Counted from the stretch's first letter, positions 19,591 to 32,845 are shown. The stretch: DNA of 64,000 bases from an uncultured Acidobacteriota bacterium (GCA_963724465.1 CAVRUT010000009.1:66424-130423), one strand, 5' to 3'. Made by a program: numbers and translations. The notes: a model not told the origin generated them from the letters alone.

Positions 19591-19923
19591 CTAGTCCGCT
19601 TCGAGAACGCGGCCGACGGCGAGGACGATGCGGTCCCACTGCCGCCTCTGCCGTTCGAGCTGGCGCCGCCCCGCGGTCGCGAGGCGGTACGTCTTGACGC
19701 GGTATCCCTCCACCGACTCTCCCCAGGATCCGATCACGAACCCTTCCTGCTCGAGCCGATGCAGCGCCGGGAAGAGCGAGCCCGGTTTGACGACGAAGGT
19801 CCCGCGAGTGATCTGCTCGATGCGCTCCGCGATCGCCAGGCCGTGCCGCGGTTCGAGCGCGAGCGTGCGGAGAATCAGGAGGTCCAGGGTCCCTTTCAGG
19901 AGCTCGGTTCGACGAGGGCGCAA
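19591..19923 (-). CDS. PadR family transcriptional regulator
   Basis: LKGTLDLLILRTLALEPRHGLAIAERIE...GSLFPALHRLEQEGF. It lies immediately upstream of the permease, the usual PadR-permease pairing. Confidence 0.9.
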   Translation of the reverse strand: MRPRRTELLKGTLDLLILRTLALEPRHGLAIAERIEQITRGTFVVKPGSLFPALHRLEQEGFVIGSWGESVEGYRVKTYRLATAGRRQLERQRRQWDRIVLAVGRVLEAD

Positions 19924-19960
19924 AGGGCCTCCTTCAGCGATCTCGAGGGCTCGGGCGACT

Positions 19961-19988
19961 AATATAGACCATCAATATCGGTTCGCAA
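19961..19988 (-). promoter_or_regulatory. Sigma70-like promoter candidate for the padR-permease operon
   Basis: On the minus strand: TTGCGA-16 nt-TATATT, about 35 nt upstream of the padR RBS GAAGGAGG. Confidence 0.35.
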
Positions 19989-20038
19989 CACAGAGAGTAT
20001 GGCGACCCCGGGTGGCTCGTCAAGGGCCCTGGGGCCCG

Positions 20039-21400
20039 CTACTTTCGCCTCGCCGCCCCGCCCTTGTACACGACGCCGTCCTTCACCACGACCTCGACGT
20101 TCGCGAGCGCCGTGATGTCGAACAGGGGATTCCCCCTCACCACGATGACGTCCGCCAGCTTCCCCGGCTCGATCGTCCCGAGCTCCTTGCCCCTGCCGAG
20201 GATTTCTGCGTTGACGCGCGTCGCCGCGCAGATCGTCCGCTGCGGCGACATGCCGACGTCCACGTGCGCCTTCATTTCGCGCCACAGCGCCTCGGTATGG
20301 AAGTTCATCGGCGTGCCCGAATCCGTCCCCATGCCCATCGTCGCGTTCGCCTCGATCCACTGCCCGAGCGACGCCCGCGAGAATCGCATCTCCTGGTCGG
20401 TCGTCGAAAAGTAGGAGAGCCGCTGGAATCCCTTGAGCGAGTTCTGGACCTCCTCCCAGATCTGCGGCCCGAAGTCTTCCTTCAGCCGCGGATCCTGGAG
20501 CCGCTCCGGGAAGTCCACCGTCGCAGGAAAGAGAAATGCGCGGTGCGCGGCCGTCACGACCACCGGTGTTCCCTTCACCGCGATCGCCTTCACGAGCGCC
20601 GGATCGTACGTCGGCATCCCGGCCGACCCCACGTGCGTCAGGACGTCGATGCCCGCCTCGAACGAGTCGCGCACGTTGACCGGATCGTAGACGTGGGCAT
20701 GGACCTTGAGATGGTGCCTGTGCGCCGAGTCCGCGATCGCCTTGTAGTGCGCCGGCCCGAGCCCGACGTACGCCTTGATGACGTCCACGCCCCCGGCGGC
20801 GAGCCTGTCCACCGCGGCAGCGGCCTGTGCGGGCGTGTCCACCAGGATCTGGTTCGGGAGAACGGGGGAGTAATCGCCGAGATCCCGCGTGATCCAGGGC
20901 CCGCTCATCCACATCCGCGGCCCCGGAATGGCACCGCTCTTGATGCGGTCGCGAACGGAGAGACTCTCCTTCAGCGTCCCGCCCAGGTCCACGGCCGACG
21001 TGACGCCCGCCATCAGCAGCTGTTTCGCCGAGATCTCCGAGACCCTCTCGACCAGGTTGTTCTTCGCGATCCACGGATCCCACCGGTCGTAGTCGCCGTG
21101 GCCCAGGATCTGGAGATGGACGTGCACGTCGATGAGCCCCGGCATCATCACGCGCCCGCTCGTATCGATGAACTCGGCATCCGGCGGAATGGCCACTTCG
21201 GCAGCCGGCCCGACTAGGACGATCTTGTTGTCCTCGATCACGATCGCCGCGTGATGCACCGGGGGCACGTCGTATCCGTCGATCAGCATCCCGCCGACGA
21301 GCGCCAGCCTCTTCTTCGACGGCTGTGCGAGGGCGAAGGTCGAGGCAAGCAGGAACAGGACAGCCGGGAAGACCATCAGGCGCCAGGCGCGCAGTTTCAT
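20039..21400 (-). CDS. Secreted amidohydrolase family protein
   Basis: Signal peptide, then PGLIDVHVHLQ and later amidohydrolase blocks (HAHVYD, GTDSGTP). Confidence 0.85.
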   Translation of the reverse strand: MKLRAWRLMVFPAVLFLLASTFALAQPSKKRLALVGGMLIDGYDVPPVHHAAIVIEDNKIVLVGPAAEVAIPPDAEFIDTSGRVMMPGLIDVHVHLQILGHGDYDRWDPWIAKNNLVERVSEISAKQLLMAGVTSAVDLGGTLKESLSVRDRIKSGAIPGPRMWMSGPWITRDLGDYSPVLPNQILVDTPAQAAAAVDRLAAGGVDVIKAYVGLGPAHYKAIADSAHRHHLKVHAHVYDPVNVRDSFEAGIDVLTHVGSAGMPTYDPALVKAIAVKGTPVVVTAAHRAFLFPATVDFPERLQDPRLKEDFGPQIWEEVQNSLKGFQRLSYFSTTDQEMRFSRASLGQWIEANATMGMGTDSGTPMNFHTEALWREMKAHVDVGMSPQRTICAATRVNAEILGRGKELGTIEPGKLADVIVVRGNPLFDITALANVEVVVKDGVVYKGGAARRK

Positions 21401-21466
21401 TTCGTACCTCCGTGAAGCCGTTATCCCGAGCGGCCTCGTACCGTCTCGCCGAGCGCCCCTGCGCCT

Positions 21467-21493
21467 GTCATCCCGAGCGCAGCGAGGAATCCC
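21467..21493. repeat. Repeat family 1, opposite orientation
   Basis: GTCATCCCGAGCGCAGCGAGGAATCCC, with an extra half-site TTATCCCGAGCGG at 21421-21433. Confidence 0.8.
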
Positions 21494-21529
21494 GTACTCG
21501 ACGAGCCGCAGTCGCAGGCGCCCACCCCC

Positions 21530-21895
21530 CTACGGCGCGACGACGACGAACTCTCCCTTCATCTTCCTGTGCCCGAAGCCGCAGAAATGAGCGCACTTGA
21601 ACGGATACGTGCCCGGCTTCTCCGGCGTGAACGCGACCGTGGCGGGCTTGTCCTTCTCGTAAACGATCTCCTCGAGATTCAACTCCGGGCACACGAACCC
21701 GTGCTTGGTGTCTTCGCTCGTGAACGTAATTTCCACGTGCTCTCCGGCCTTCAGCTCGATTTTCGAGGGTTGGAACTGGTACTTCTTCGCCACGACCGTG
21801 ATCTTTCGGGGCTCCTGAGTTTCCTGAGCTTGGAGCAGGAAGGGGCAGCCGAGCACCGCGATCAGGAGAGCGGAAAGAGTTCGCGTGTTGCGCAT
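21530..21895 (-). CDS. Secreted cupredoxin-domain (type-1 copper) protein
   Basis: ATG 21895 with RBS GAGGAGAA and a signal peptide. Copper-ligand pattern HGF...CAHFCGFGHRKM. Confidence 0.75.
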   Translation of the reverse strand: MRNTRTLSALLIAVLGCPFLLQAQETQEPRKITVVAKKYQFQPSKIELKAGEHVEITFTSEDTKHGFVCPELNLEEIVYEKDKPATVAFTPEKPGTYPFKCAHFCGFGHRKMKGEFVVVAP

Positions 21896-22353
21896 GTTCG
21901 GTTCTCCTCGGGGAATCCGGCCAGACCATCCTAAGCCACGCCCCGTGGCGGCGTCCGCCATCGGTCGGACTCCATCCGGCGGGATCACCTCTCGGTGGTC
22001 CCGCGAGCCCGGACGGACGAACCGGGGTCTCTCTCGGTTGCCAGGAGGGTTGGCGCTGCTTGCCCTGATGGGCGAGAAACTTCGCGAGTGACTTCGGATG
22101 CCGAGGGGGCGAAGGTGTATTACTGGCGAGGCGTTCAATAGAATAGAGTAAGAAACCAAGATGGTTCGCGCCGGCTCCCGCCACGTCGTCACGAGGCGGG
22201 CTGCCCGAATTCGACACACGCCAGAGGGAATCAAGCACGGGCTGCCTCGTCGCCGTGTCGTGCGGCAGGAAGTGACGGGACGCGCGACGCCTCGATGCGA
22301 CGGGCAGAGGAACCTCTGGGCGGCTCGAGCGTAGAGTCCGAACAGGAGGAGCC

Positions 22354-23676
22354 ATGGCTTTGAGATCGCTCGCGTCCGCGCTGGTGGTTTCTCTGATCGC
22401 TGCGGCCCCCGTACCGGCGGGCGACTTTTCCGGTGAATGGGAGATGACGACCACCATCTTCGGCAACGCCCTCAGCAATCGACTCATTCTTCACGTCGAG
22501 AAGGGGAAGCTCACGGGATCGGTCTACCGCGGCAAGAGCATGCCGTTGACGGGCAAGGTCGAGGGGGATCGAGTCCAGTTCGAGTTCAAGGAACAGGACG
22601 GGACGACGAACGCGTACGAAGGGCGACTGCAAAACGGGAACCTCTCGGGTACGGTGACGTTCTCGGGCGAAAGCTGGGGTGGAACGCCTCCTTCAGCGTG
22701 GCGCGCGCGGCGCGCAGCGGCGGACAAGCCGGCGGTGCCGAGGACGCTCGAATTCGAGCCGAAGGAGTTCCATCGGATGTTCTCGAGCACGATCGAGCCG
22801 GTCCTTCGGATCTGGCCGGGCGACACGGTGCGGACGCTAACGGTGGACGCCGGGGGAGTGGACGAGCACGCGAAGTCGCGCGTCCTCGGCGGCAATCCGC
22901 AGACGGGGCCCTTCTACGTCGAAGGGGCGATGCCGGGCGACATGCTGGCGATCCACGTGAAGAAGCTGCGCCTCAATCGTCCGACGGCGATCAGCGACGA
23001 CGGATTAGTCGACCGGGCGATCACGACGGACTATGCGTCGGAGCACAAGGACAACAACTTCAACGACGTGGTCTGGAACCTCGATCTGTCGACGGGGCTG
23101 GCGCGGCCGGCGAAGCTGACGGAGCGCCTGAAGTACCTGGCCGTGCCGGTCAGGCCGATGCTCGGCTGTGTCGGCGTGGCTCCAGGCTTCGGTGCGGCAG
23201 CCGTACGGACGGGGGATTCGGGGCGGTTCGGCGGCAACATGGACTTCAACGAGATCCGCGAGGGAGCGACCGTGTACCTTCCGGTGGCGCAGCCGGGAGC
23301 GCTCCTCTATGTCGGAGACGGTCACGCCCTTCAGGGGGACGGCGAGTTGAACGGCAACGCGCTCGAGACCTCGCTCGACGTCGAGTTCTCCGTGGACCTC
23401 GTGCGCGAAAAGCGCCTCTCGGCGCCGCGCGTCGAGAATGAGGAATACCTGATGGCGATGGGCCTCGCCGGCTCGCTCGACGAGGCGTTCCGGGAGGCGA
23501 CTTCGAGTCTCGCGTCGTGGCTCGAAGGGGAGTACGGACTGACGGGGCCCGAGGCGGCGATGCTGCTCGGGGCGACCGTCGAATACAAGGTCTCCGAGGT
23601 GGCGGATCGCAACGCAGGCGTCGTGGCGAAAATCCCGAAGAAGTTCCTGCCGGCTGCGATTCCTGCGGCGAAATAG
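22354..23676 (+). CDS. Acetamidase/formamidase family protein with an N-terminal extra domain
   Basis: FmdA/AmdA blocks GPFYVEGAMPGDML, GGNMDFNEIREGATVYLPV, GDGHALQGDGE. Confidence 0.8.
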   Translation: MALRSLASALVVSLIAAAPVPAGDFSGEWEMTTTIFGNALSNRLILHVEKGKLTGSVYRGKSMPLTGKVEGDRVQFEFKEQDGTTNAYEGRLQNGNLSGTVTFSGESWGGTPPSAWRARRAAADKPAVPRTLEFEPKEFHRMFSSTIEPVLRIWPGDTVRTLTVDAGGVDEHAKSRVLGGNPQTGPFYVEGAMPGDMLAIHVKKLRLNRPTAISDDGLVDRAITTDYASEHKDNNFNDVVWNLDLSTGLARPAKLTERLKYLAVPVRPMLGCVGVAPGFGAAAVRTGDSGRFGGNMDFNEIREGATVYLPVAQPGALLYVGDGHALQGDGELNGNALETSLDVEFSVDLVREKRLSAPRVENEEYLMAMGLAGSLDEAFREATSSLASWLEGEYGLTGPEAAMLLGATVEYKVSEVADRNAGVVAKIPKKFLPAAIPAAK

Positions 23677-23699
23677 TGAGCCGAGGCTCGTCGAGCACC

Positions 23700-23740
23700 G
23701 GATTCCTCGCATCGGGAACCGTGCAGCGACGAGGGATCCC
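23700..23740. repeat. Repeat family 1, degenerate inverted pair
   Basis: GGATTCCTCGCATCGGGAAC ... GCAGCGACGAGGGATCCC. Confidence 0.55.
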
Positions 23741-23990
23741 GGGCTTGACCACCTGACGCGAATCGAGCGAAGGCACCTGGCACGTGCGACCGCTTTCCTC
23801 ACAACTTTTCTACCGCGCTGACGTTTTTTGTTCGGCCGCCTCTCCGGAACGATAGATAAACCATTCCCGTGCAGAGACATGGCGCCATTCGTGACATGGC
23901 TCCCAATTTGCGTCCATTTCTCTCCGTGAGTCCCCTGAACGACGGTGCTTTCCGGCGTGGCTGTGCCCTGCCTGGGGCCGGCGAAGCCGT

Positions 23991-26852
23991 ATGACGTCGA
24001 ACTCCCCCGGCGGCGGGATCGCCACCGTCGTTTCGCCGGGGGTCGGAGGAAAGGCCTCCTCGACCGCCGATCCGAGCGCGTCGCTCCAACCGGGAGCCCT
24101 TCTGGGCCCGTTTCAGATCATCGACCGCCTGGGCGCCGGCGGGATGGGAGAGGTCTACCGCGCCCTGGACACCCGGCTCGGCCGCAAGGTCGCGTTGAAG
24201 GTGTTGCCGACCGAGCTTCTCTCGAATCAGGAGGGGCTCGCCCGTTTCGCGCTCGAAGCCCGCTCCGCATCCGCGCTGAATCACCCCAACATCGTCACGA
24301 TCTTCGAGGTCGGCCGCGCAGGGGACTCGCCGTATCTGGCGATGGAGCTCATCGATGGCTGGACGCTCCGGCACCTGATGGACGCGGGGCCGCTTCCCGT
24401 CAAGAAGACCCTCGAGATCGCGACACAGATCGCGAGCGGACTCGCCAAGGCGCACCAGGCCGGCATCGTGCACCGGGACCTGAAGCCCGAGAACATCATG
24501 GTCTCGCAGGACGGCTTCGTGAAGATCCTGGACTTCGGGCTGGCGAAACTGCAAGGGCCACCCCCCGGAGGGGCGGCTCAGGCGGCGGCGTCGCTGACGC
24601 GAGTGGGTCTGGTCATCGGAACGCCGGACTACATGTCGCCCGAGCAGGCCGCCGACCGGCCGCTCGACTTTCGCTCCGACCAGTTCTCCGCCGGGCTCGT
24701 CTTCTACGAGGTGCTGACGACCCGCCGTCTCTTCCACCGCGCGACGCCCGTTCAGACGCTGTCCGCGATCATCCAGGAGGAGCCGCTTCCGCTCGAGGGC
24801 CTGGACTCCCGCGTGCCCCCGCCGCTGCGCTGGGCGATTGAGCGCTGCCTCTCGAAGGATCCCGCCGAGCGTTACGGCTCGACGGCGGAGCTCGCGCGAG
24901 AGTTGAAGCAGATCCGGGACAACCTTTCTGATTTCCAGCAGTCCGCCGACCGAGCGTCCCGCCGTGTGGAGACGCAGCCGGCCGGCGCTGGAGGCTCCTC
25001 GTCACCGCGGCAGCACACGCGGTCGGCGATGCCTTCGGCGCTCGGAGAGGCAGCGCCGGCCTCGGCAGTCATCGCGCCGGATCCCGGCGCCGCGCCTGCG
25101 AAGGTCCGACGCGTTCGCGAATTCGGGCTCGTCCTCGTTCTCGGGCTCGCGCTCTTTCTTGGCGGCGCGGTTGCGGGCGACTGGTTCCGGAGCAAGCAGA
25201 TCGACGCGCCGCCGCCGATCTGGACGGGGAACCTCCTCGTCGGGCCGATGACCCGTGTGATGGCGCCGCGCAGCTCCCCGGATGGACAGACCCTTGCGTT
25301 TCTGACGCTCGTCGGCGGCCGGTCTCAGGTCGCGGTCATGAAGCCCTCGTCGGGCGACTGGACCGTCCTGACCAGGCGCGGCGACACCGGCTCGGTCTCC
25401 AAGGTGTGCTGGTCCCGGGACGGCAACAAAATCTTCTTCGATCGCGTCAGCGACGTGCCGCGGGGCATCTTCAGCGTCCCACCCCTCGGCGGCGAGGAAC
25501 GCGCCGTCCTGGAGGACGCTCAGGCGCCTGAGGCACTGCCGGACGGAAGCCTTCTCGTCGTCAAGCGCGACGCAGCGCGCAATTTCCAGATCCTTCGCTT
25601 CCGGCCCGACGCCGGAAGCCTCACGCCAGTCGGACCCGCCGTGTCGGCCGAAGGCGGAAACTGGAGCCTGCGCGCCTTTCCCGATGGGAAGACGGCCGTT
25701 TTCTGGGGCCGCCTGGCGGGATCGACGGACCCCGCGCGCCGCGTCTATCTTCTCGACCTCGCGACGGGCAGGGCAACCCCGTTTGCGCCTCAGCTTCCGC
25801 TCGCTCCTCCGCTCGCGATCGGCGCGGGCGGCAAGACGGTTCTCGCCTTCGTCACCTTCGGCGATCTCCAGCAGGCGATCTCGGTGTCGCGCGACGGAGA
25901 GCAGGGCAAGATCCTGTTTCCCGTGACAGGCAAGCCCTGGGGCCTGGACTCGGGAGCCGACGGCAACCTCTTCGTCAGCACGATGGACAGTCCCGCGGAG
26001 CTGCTCCGGCTCTCGCCGACGGGAGGCGTGCCGGATCGGCTCGTCACGATGGCGGGCAGTCTCGTGACGAGCCCCGTCCAGCTTTCCGACGGCGGCATGC
26101 TCATTCCCAACCAGGTCCTCGGACGCAGGCGGCTCCTGATCACCGCGCCCGACGGGCAGCTGCGGCCGTTCCTGGACTCCGCCGAACAGGCCACGCCGCC
26201 GGCCACCCTCGTGGGCGGGAACCTCGTGGCATTCCTGTCCGGCAGCGTCGGCCAGCCTCCTTTGATCACCGTGGCGACCATGCCGGAAGGCCGAATCGTC
26301 CGCCGCCTCGAGGAAACGCGGGGGATCGCCCCGCAGAGCCTCGTGGCGGCTCCGGACGGCAAGACGCTCTATTACGTCAACACGGGATCCCTGTTCGCGG
26401 TCGGGATCGAGGGAGGCAAGCCGCGCAATTTGCGCCCTGCCAACGGTGTCACCGTCGATCCGCGGGGCCCCACTCCGTCGCTGATCGTTCAGGTCAACGC
26501 TCTCGACGGGGTCAGGCTCTTTCGCGTCCCGCTCGACGGAGGTTCCGAGGTTTCGATTCTCTTTGCCAGCGATCTTCGGCTCGCGCCGATCCCGATCTCC
26601 GGATCGGCCGTCGGCGCGGACGGCAGGATCGCCGTCACCGTCACGTCGCCGGACACGATGTTTCGGGGCGTCGCGCTCCTCGATCCGGCGACGGCCGTGC
26701 TCGAGCGTCTCCCCGTCACTTTCGACGGCGACCTTCAGTATCCCGCCTGGGGCCGCGACGGCGCGCTCTATGCCGTCGGAGTGTCGATTCGCAGCAGCCT
26801 CTGGCGCTTCCAGCCGCAAGCGACCGAGCAGAACGCAGAAGACAGCCGCTAG
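23991..26852 (+). CDS. Ser/Thr protein kinase with one TM segment and a TolB/WD40-like beta-propeller C-terminal region
   Basis: Kinase subdomains [27 protein letters not shown] and SPEQ, followed by a TM segment (FGLVLVLGLALFLGGAVAG) and repeated PDG/SPDG propeller blades. Confidence 0.85.
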   Translation: MTSNSPGGGIATVVSPGVGGKASSTADPSASLQPGALLGPFQIIDRLGAGGMGEVYRALDTRLGRKVALKVLPTELLSNQEGLARFALEARSASALNHPNIVTIFEVGRAGDSPYLAMELIDGWTLRHLMDAGPLPVKKTLEIATQIASGLAKAHQAGIVHRDLKPENIMVSQDGFVKILDFGLAKLQGPPPGGAAQAAASLTRVGLVIGTPDYMSPEQAADRPLDFRSDQFSAGLVFYEVLTTRRLFHRATPVQTLSAIIQEEPLPLEGLDSRVPPPLRWAIERCLSKDPAERYGSTAELARELKQIRDNLSDFQQSADRASRRVETQPAGAGGSSSPRQHTRSAMPSALGEAAPASAVIAPDPGAAPAKVRRVREFGLVLVLGLALFLGGAVAGDWFRSKQIDAPPPIWTGNLLVGPMTRVMAPRSSPDGQTLAFLTLVGGRSQVAVMKPSSGDWTVLTRRGDTGSVSKVCWSRDGNKIFFDRVSDVPRGIFSVPPLGGEERAVLEDAQAPEALPDGSLLVVKRDAARNFQILRFRPDAGSLTPVGPAVSAEGGNWSLRAFPDGKTAVFWGRLAGSTDPARRVYLLDLATGRATPFAPQLPLAPPLAIGAGGKTVLAFVTFGDLQQAISVSRDGEQGKILFPVTGKPWGLDSGADGNLFVSTMDSPAELLRLSPTGGVPDRLVTMAGSLVTSPVQLSDGGMLIPNQVLGRRRLLITAPDGQLRPFLDSAEQATPPATLVGGNLVAFLSGSVGQPPLITVATMPEGRIVRRLEETRGIAPQSLVAAPDGKTLYYVNTGSLFAVGIEGGKPRNLRPANGVTVDPRGPTPSLIVQVNALDGVRLFRVPLDGGSEVSILFASDLRLAPIPISGSAVGADGRIAVTVTSPDTMFRGVALLDPATAVLERLPVTFDGDLQYPAWGRDGALYAVGVSIRSSLWRFQPQATEQNAEDSR

Positions 26853-26875
26853 CGGCGCTCCCTCGCGTCGAGTAC

Positions 26876-26945
26876 GGAATCCCTCGCTTCGCTCGGGATG
26901 ACACTTTAGGCGCTCGGGATGATGCGCCTAGAAATTCGGGATGAC
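26876..26945. repeat. Repeat family 1, copy plus two half-sites
   Basis: GGAATCCCTCGCTTCGCTCGGGATGAC, GCGCTCGGGATGAT, ATTCGGGATGAC. Confidence 0.8.
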
Positions 26946-26965
26946 GGCGTGAGGCGCTCCGAGCT

Positions 26966-29556
<2,591 letters not shown>

Positions 29557-29643
29557 GAGGTCGGAGCATTCTATCGGTAACGCCCGGGCGGAGGAGAGGG
29601 AGGAGGCTCGTCTCGAGGACCGCCTCCGTCGCTCGTCGAGGAC

Positions 29644-29692
29644 GGGGTCCCTCGCTGCGCTCGGGATGACGGCCGAAAGCGCTCGGGATGAC
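29644..29692. repeat. Repeat family 1, copy plus half-site
   Basis: GGGGTCCCTCGCTGCGCTCGGGATGAC, GCGCTCGGGATGAC. Confidence 0.8.
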
Positions 29693-29820
29693 GGGTGAGG
29701 GGCTCGCGACGACAGCTGAGAATGCTCGCGACGAGGTGAGAGGAGGCGCGGCTCTCCAAAAAGAAAGAGGCCCCAATCGGGGCCTCAGTTGAACGAGCGT
29801 TGTCGCCCGTTCGAAAGTCG

Positions 29821-30117
29821 TTAGGCGCGCGCGTACGAGGTGACGTTCTCGTAGGTCTCGACCGTCGGAGTTCCCTCGATGACGGGCGTGAGCTTGGCGA
29901 GAACCTGGGGATAGGTCGCCGTCTGATACGTGTCGGCGCTCTGGCGGTTGTCCCAGAGGCTGATGGCGTGGGCGCCCTTCGGGTTGACCAGCGTCACTTC
30001 CTCGACGAAGCCGCTCTGCTTCCGGAGCATCGGAAGGACTTCCTTCTCGAACAGGCCGGCGAACTCCTGCTCTTTGCCGTTCTTGATCTGGAAATGGACG
30101 TTACGTGCGAATCGCAT
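29821..30117 (-). CDS. ABM/Dabb-fold monooxygenase-like small protein
   Basis: 98 aa with the usual beta-alpha-beta pattern (VHFQIKNGKEQEF...EVTLVNPKGAHAISLWDNRQSADTY). Confidence 0.55.
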   Translation of the reverse strand: MRFARNVHFQIKNGKEQEFAGLFEKEVLPMLRKQSGFVEEVTLVNPKGAHAISLWDNRQSADTYQTATYPQVLAKLTPVIEGTPTVETYENVTSYARA

Positions 30118-30268
30118 GACGGTACTCCTGGGTCCTTGAGTGATTGGCCTTCGTCGGGAATCTCCCGACTTCGAAGGAAGGACGGCGACGACAAGGTTCC
30201 GAGGCCGACTGGTTCTTTGAAGGAACTAGACCGTATCACAGATATCGAGGGCGTGCGGATGTATTTAC

Positions 30269-30378
30269 GGGATCCCTCGCATCGCTCGGGATGACACCGT
30301 GAGAGCTCGGAATGACAGGCTTTTGAGCCGCTCGACCATCCACCTGTCATCCCGAGGAGGGCAGCGACGAGGAATCCC
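30269..30378. repeat. Repeat family 1, inverted pair
   Basis: GGGATCCCTCGCATCGCTCGGGATGAC ... GTCATCCCGAGGAGGGCAGCGACGAGGAATCCC. Confidence 0.8.
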
Positions 30379-30472
30379 GTGTTTGGTTCGCCGCGCCCTG
30401 AATCATGACAGGGCCGGAATGGACGCCGGTTCCTTCGCGTTGGGCGAAGGTTGAACCGGAGGGAACACTCCG

Positions 30473-31426
30473 ATGCGACAAAGAGACACGATCAGCCGGC
30501 GCGCGTTCCTGGCAACGATCGGCGCGGCGGGCGCGGCGTCGGCGCTGCGTCCCTTGAACGCAGCGGTTCCTCCCGATCCGGCCGGCGCTCGTCCCGGGCC
30601 GATCCTGACTCGAGCGATCCCCTCGAGCGAGGAGAAGCTGCCGCTCGTCGGCCTCGGCAGCTGGATCACGTTCAACGTCGGCGACGACGCGGCTGCGCGC
30701 GACGCGTGCGCCGCGGTCATGGGCGCCTTCTTCCAGGAGGGCGGGCGGCTGATCGACTCCTCGCCGATGTACGGATCGTCGCAGGAAGTGATCGGGTACG
30801 GCCTCAAGAAACTCGGCCACCCGCCGCAGCTCTTCTCGGCCGACAAGGTCTGGATCTCGTCGGGCGGGCGCGGGCCGCAGCAGATCGAGGAATCGCTGAA
30901 GCGCTGGGGCATCCCGCGGTTCGACCTGCTCGAGGTCCACAACGTCATGTCCTGGGAGGAGCATCTGCCGACCCTCTTCGCGATGAAGAAGGCCGGGCGG
31001 CTGCGCTACGTGGGGATCACGACGTCGGAGGGGCGGCGCCACGACGAAATCGAGAAGATCATGCGAAGCCAGCCGATCGACTTCGTGCAGGTCACGTACA
31101 ACGTTCTCGATCGGGAGGTGGAGCAGCGGATTCTGCCGCTGGCTCTCGAGCGGCGCATCGGCGTGATCTGCAACCGGCCGTTTCGACGTGGGGAGTTGAT
31201 TCAGCGGACCGGGCGCGCGCCGCTGCCCGCCTGGGCCGGCGAGATCGACTGCGCGAACTGGGCGCAGGTTCTCCTGAAGTTCATCGTGTCGCATCCGGCG
31301 GTCGTCTGCGCGATCCCGGCCACGAGCCAGGTGGTCCACGTGAAGCAGAACGTGGGCGCCTCCTACGGCCGGCTGCCGGATGAGGCCATGCGCCGGCGCA
31401 TCGTCGCGGCCGTCGAGAAGCTCTGA
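30473..31426 (+). CDS. Aldo/keto reductase with a Tat signal
   Basis: Twin-arginine leader SRRAFLATIGAAGAASA. AKR blocks IDSSPMYGSSQEVIG and RYVGITTSE. Confidence 0.85.
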   Translation: MRQRDTISRRAFLATIGAAGAASALRPLNAAVPPDPAGARPGPILTRAIPSSEEKLPLVGLGSWITFNVGDDAAARDACAAVMGAFFQEGGRLIDSSPMYGSSQEVIGYGLKKLGHPPQLFSADKVWISSGGRGPQQIEESLKRWGIPRFDLLEVHNVMSWEEHLPTLFAMKKAGRLRYVGITTSEGRRHDEIEKIMRSQPIDFVQVTYNVLDREVEQRILPLALERRIGVICNRPFRRGELIQRTGRAPLPAWAGEIDCANWAQVLLKFIVSHPAVVCAIPATSQVVHVKQNVGASYGRLPDEAMRRRIVAAVEKL

Positions 31427-32109
31427 TGTCGGAGTGGTGGACGTACAGGATCTCGAGTTTTCTCCTCTTCTCTCCCCGCACCTACTACCGTCTCTTCGAG
31501 ATCTACAACCTGGCGGTCTGGCCGGCGCAGATCGCGGCGATCATCCTGGGCCTGGCGATCTTCGCGCTCGCGGCTCGCGTGGAGGTGGGGCGGGGGCGTT
31601 CGATTTCCGGCGCTCTCGCCGCGTGCTGGCTCTTCGTCGCGATCGCGTTTCACGCGCTTCGCTACGCGACGATCAACTGGGGTGCGGTGTATTTTGCTTG
31701 GGCGTTCGGGCTCGAGGCTGCGCTGCTGATCTGGATCGGCGTGATCCGCGGGCGGCTGCAGTTCGAGCGGCCGCGCGACCTCGCCGGTAAGGTGGGACAC
31801 GGCATTTTCCTCTTTGCGCTCCTGGTGGAGCCACTGGTCGGCCCCCTGCTTGGCCGCGAGTGGAGAGGAGTCGAGATCTTCGGCGTCGCGCCCGACCCGA
31901 CCGCGGTCGCGACACTCGGAATCCTCCTGCTCGCCAGAGGGCAGGGCCGCTGGGTGCTGATGGTCATTCCAGCGGTCTGGTGTGCAGTGACTGGCGCTTT
32001 TCTCACGGCCATGAAGGCGCCGGACGCCTGGATCGCGCCGGCGGCGGCGGTGGTTGCAGTTGCGATGGCAGTGCGGCAGGGGCGGTGGGCGGCGAATCGA
32101 GCGTATTGA
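31426..32109 (+). CDS. Integral membrane protein (family unknown)
   Basis: The start overlaps the upstream stop (TGATG). About six hydrophobic helices. Confidence 0.6.
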   Translation: MSEWWTYRISSFLLFSPRTYYRLFEIYNLAVWPAQIAAIILGLAIFALAARVEVGRGRSISGALAACWLFVAIAFHALRYATINWGAVYFAWAFGLEAALLIWIGVIRGRLQFERPRDLAGKVGHGIFLFALLVEPLVGPLLGREWRGVEIFGVAPDPTAVATLGILLLARGQGRWVLMVIPAVWCAVTGAFLTAMKAPDAWIAPAAAVVAVAMAVRQGRWAANRAY

Positions 32110-32179
32110 GATCCCGAGCTCGACGCGGACCCACCGGTGATAGCCTCCACGCCTGTTTCCACTAATAGAGGAGGATTGG

Positions 32180-32665
32180 ATGAGGGCAAGAAACGCGTTG
32201 GCATTTTCAGTGGCTTTCATTCTGGCGGCGGCGGTTCTGGCGCAGGCTCCAGGAGGGGCAAAACCGAAGAGCGCCCCAAAAGCGAGTGCGGGTAAGGCCG
32301 TCCTCATGCCGGCGGCCGACATGAAATGGACGGCGCTCGATCCCAATGCTCCGGGAGTCATGATCTCGGATCTGTGGGGCGACCACACGAAGGGCGCCTT
32401 CGGCGCGATGAACAAGTTTCCCGCCGGATGGAGCGCGCCTCTCCACAGCCACACGCACGACATGAGGGCCGTGGTCATCTCGGGCACGTGGATTCACACG
32501 CCGGAGGGAAAGCCCGAAGTGCGCCTGGGACCCGGCTCTTACATGATGCAGCCCGGCGGGAACTACCGCCACATGTCGGGCTGCGACAAGGCCTCCGAGT
32601 GTGTGGTCTTCATCGAGAGCAAGGGAGCTTTCGACATCAAGCCGGTCGAGGCAGCGAAGAAGTAG
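32180..32665 (+). CDS. Secreted cupin-domain protein (paralog of 14029-14508)
   Basis: RBS GAGGAGG and a signal peptide. FPAGWSAPLHSHTHDMRAVVISGT...GPGSYMMQPGG is collinear with the 14029 protein. Confidence 0.75.
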   Translation: MRARNALAFSVAFILAAAVLAQAPGGAKPKSAPKASAGKAVLMPAADMKWTALDPNAPGVMISDLWGDHTKGAFGAMNKFPAGWSAPLHSHTHDMRAVVISGTWIHTPEGKPEVRLGPGSYMMQPGGNYRHMSGCDKASECVVFIESKGAFDIKPVEAAKK

Positions 32666-32845
32666 AAGTGGTGGATCGGACGCGCGCCCTCCCGGGCGCG
32701 CGTCCCTCGCCCTGGCGCCCTTCCCTGCGCCAACAATTCTTGGGAAATTCTTGCTCCTGCCGCTTCCCGCAACATCGCGATAAGGCAACCGTACTCACAT
32801 TCATTGAGCCGCGGTGCCCGCTCACGCATCGCGAAGGAGGAGCCG